From assembly GCA_965213625.1 (NCBI GenBank), contig CBDBZU010000004.1, positions 3,200,001-3,264,000 on the forward strand: 64,000 nucleotides of DNA, read 5' to 3'. The notes under the pieces were generated by a model, which was not told the DNA's origin, searched no databases, and saw nothing but the letters and a program-made list of their open reading frames with translations. The DNA comes from a bacterium. Its GTDB lineage: Bacteria; UBA8248. The translations under genes and the position numbers were made by a program. Numbering within the stretch: the stretch's first letter is position 1; each line of letters begins with the position of its first letter. Positions 61,758-64,000 of this stretch are shown one piece after another.

Positions 61758-62883
61758 TCAAAACAAAATTGTTTCGGTGAATAATTTCGTCGTAATCTTT
61801 GCTTCCGAGAATAGAGGCGATTTCCCTGGTTTGTTTCCCGGCAATTCTAGCAGCATCATCACTCGAATAATTCGCCAGGCCACGGCCAAACGCCACGCCT
61901 TGAGTGTCATGTATCTCCACTACATCACCAAACCGAAAATTACCCCCAACGGATACGACACCACTGGGCAAAAGGCTTTTCCCTCTCTTCAGCATGGCGT
62001 TTACGGCACCACTATCAAGCTTGAGCCACCCACGGGGTTTAGCCGTGGTCCCCATCCAGCCTTTTTTCCCCTTCAGGCGCGCGCCATTCGGTACAAAAAG
62101 CGTCCCCAACGGTTCCCCCATCACTACACGTTCGATGATGTTGGGGTCCCTCCCTTTCACGATGAGGGTGCTAATGCCCACTTTATTGAGAATGTTAACG
62201 GCGTCAACTTTCGTACGCATTCCACCATGGGCAAGTGGGTTCGGGCTAGTGCCTGCGACTGAGGCAATTTCCTTAGGCAGACCCTCTACACGGGTTATCA
62301 AACGCGCCGTTTTTGATTTACTGGGATCTTCATCATACAAACCCGCCACATCAGACAAGATAATGACGAGACCTGCCTGAACAATTTGAGCTGTCTGGGC
62401 GGCTAATGTGTCGTTATCTCCAAAACGAATTTCCTCAATGGAAACCGTATCGTTTTCATTTACAATTGGGAGCACGCCTTTGCTGATTAAAGCTTCAAAA
62501 GTGTTACAAGCGTTCAAGAAACGGCTTCTCTCATCTAAATCAGAATGGATGAGCAAGACTTGCGCCGTCTCGATACCCCTCTGTTTGAATGCACGACCAT
62601 ATGCTTCCATCAGGATAGGCTGGCCAACGGCAGCGGCGGCTTGGCGTTCGGGAACTGCTCTTGGAATTTCTTTTAGTCCCAGCCTTTTCACACCGGCCGC
62701 AATGGCTCCGGATGAAACCACTACGACTTGTCTGCCCTCTTCTCTGAGTTTCGCTACCTGGGAGGCAATGCGCCCCAAGACCCTACGATTGACACCCAGT
62801 TCATCAGATGCCGTCAATACAGAACTTCCCACTTTGACTATAATACGTCGGCTGTTGAGAACTGGATCATCTCTTTTTATCAT
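61738..62883 (-). CDS. proB: Glutamate 5-kinase with PUA domain
   Basis: VKVGSS, VSSGA, AAVGQ, NENDTV, FGDND, GGMRTK, KSLLPSG. Confidence 0.97.
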   Translation of the reverse strand: MIKRDDPVLNSRRIIVKVGSSVLTASDELGVNRRVLGRIASQVAKLREEGRQVVVVSSGAIAAGVKRLGLKEIPRAVPERQAAAAVGQPILMEAYGRAFKQRGIETAQVLLIHSDLDERSRFLNACNTFEALISKGVLPIVNENDTVSIEEIRFGDNDTLAAQTAQIVQAGLVIILSDVAGLYDEDPSKSKTARLITRVEGLPKEIASVAGTSPNPLAHGGMRTKVDAVNILNKVGISTLIVKGRDPNIIERVVMGEPLGTLFVPNGARLKGKKGWMGTTAKPRGWLKLDSGAVNAMLKRGKSLLPSGVVSVGGNFRFGDVVEIHDTQGVAFGRGLANYSSDDAARIAGKQTREIASILGSKDYDEIIHRNNFVLIDAEEE

Positions 62884-62894
62884 CTTCTCACTCT

Positions 62895-64000
<1,106 letters not shown>

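Overview
Bacterial chromosomal window from a diderm; gene content and order resemble Nitrospinota/Deltaproteobacteria-like lineages (inference only). It is mostly core genes on the minus strand: secD-yajC-tgt, alr-dnaB, rpsF-ssb-rpsR-rplI, membrane pyrophosphatase, ispE-prs-rplY-pth, livKHMGF, pilM-aroB-aroQ-pepP-efp, tsaD-dusB, ctpA, tkt, eno, rpiB-nrdR and rpmA-obgE-proB-nadD-rsfS-dksA. Accessory content: one intact IS1182-family element, a dispersed set of IS1182-end-like motifs mixed with GTAG/CGTC REP-like palindromes, an RTX-repeat Ca-binding protein with a structured leader and uORF, and an eroded 44.6-48.8 kb patch (LLM monooxygenase, cupin, gene remnants). I found no tRNA, rRNA, CRISPR array, prophage or defence system, and I cannot support a clearly new multi-gene system. 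Best leads: a likely ATT-initiated rsfS, the MITE/REP network that appears to bracket cargo genes, a fall in GC across core genes after about 49 kb, an orphan PilM coupled to aroB, and a frameshifted Rid protein with a His-rich loop and no catalytic Arg.
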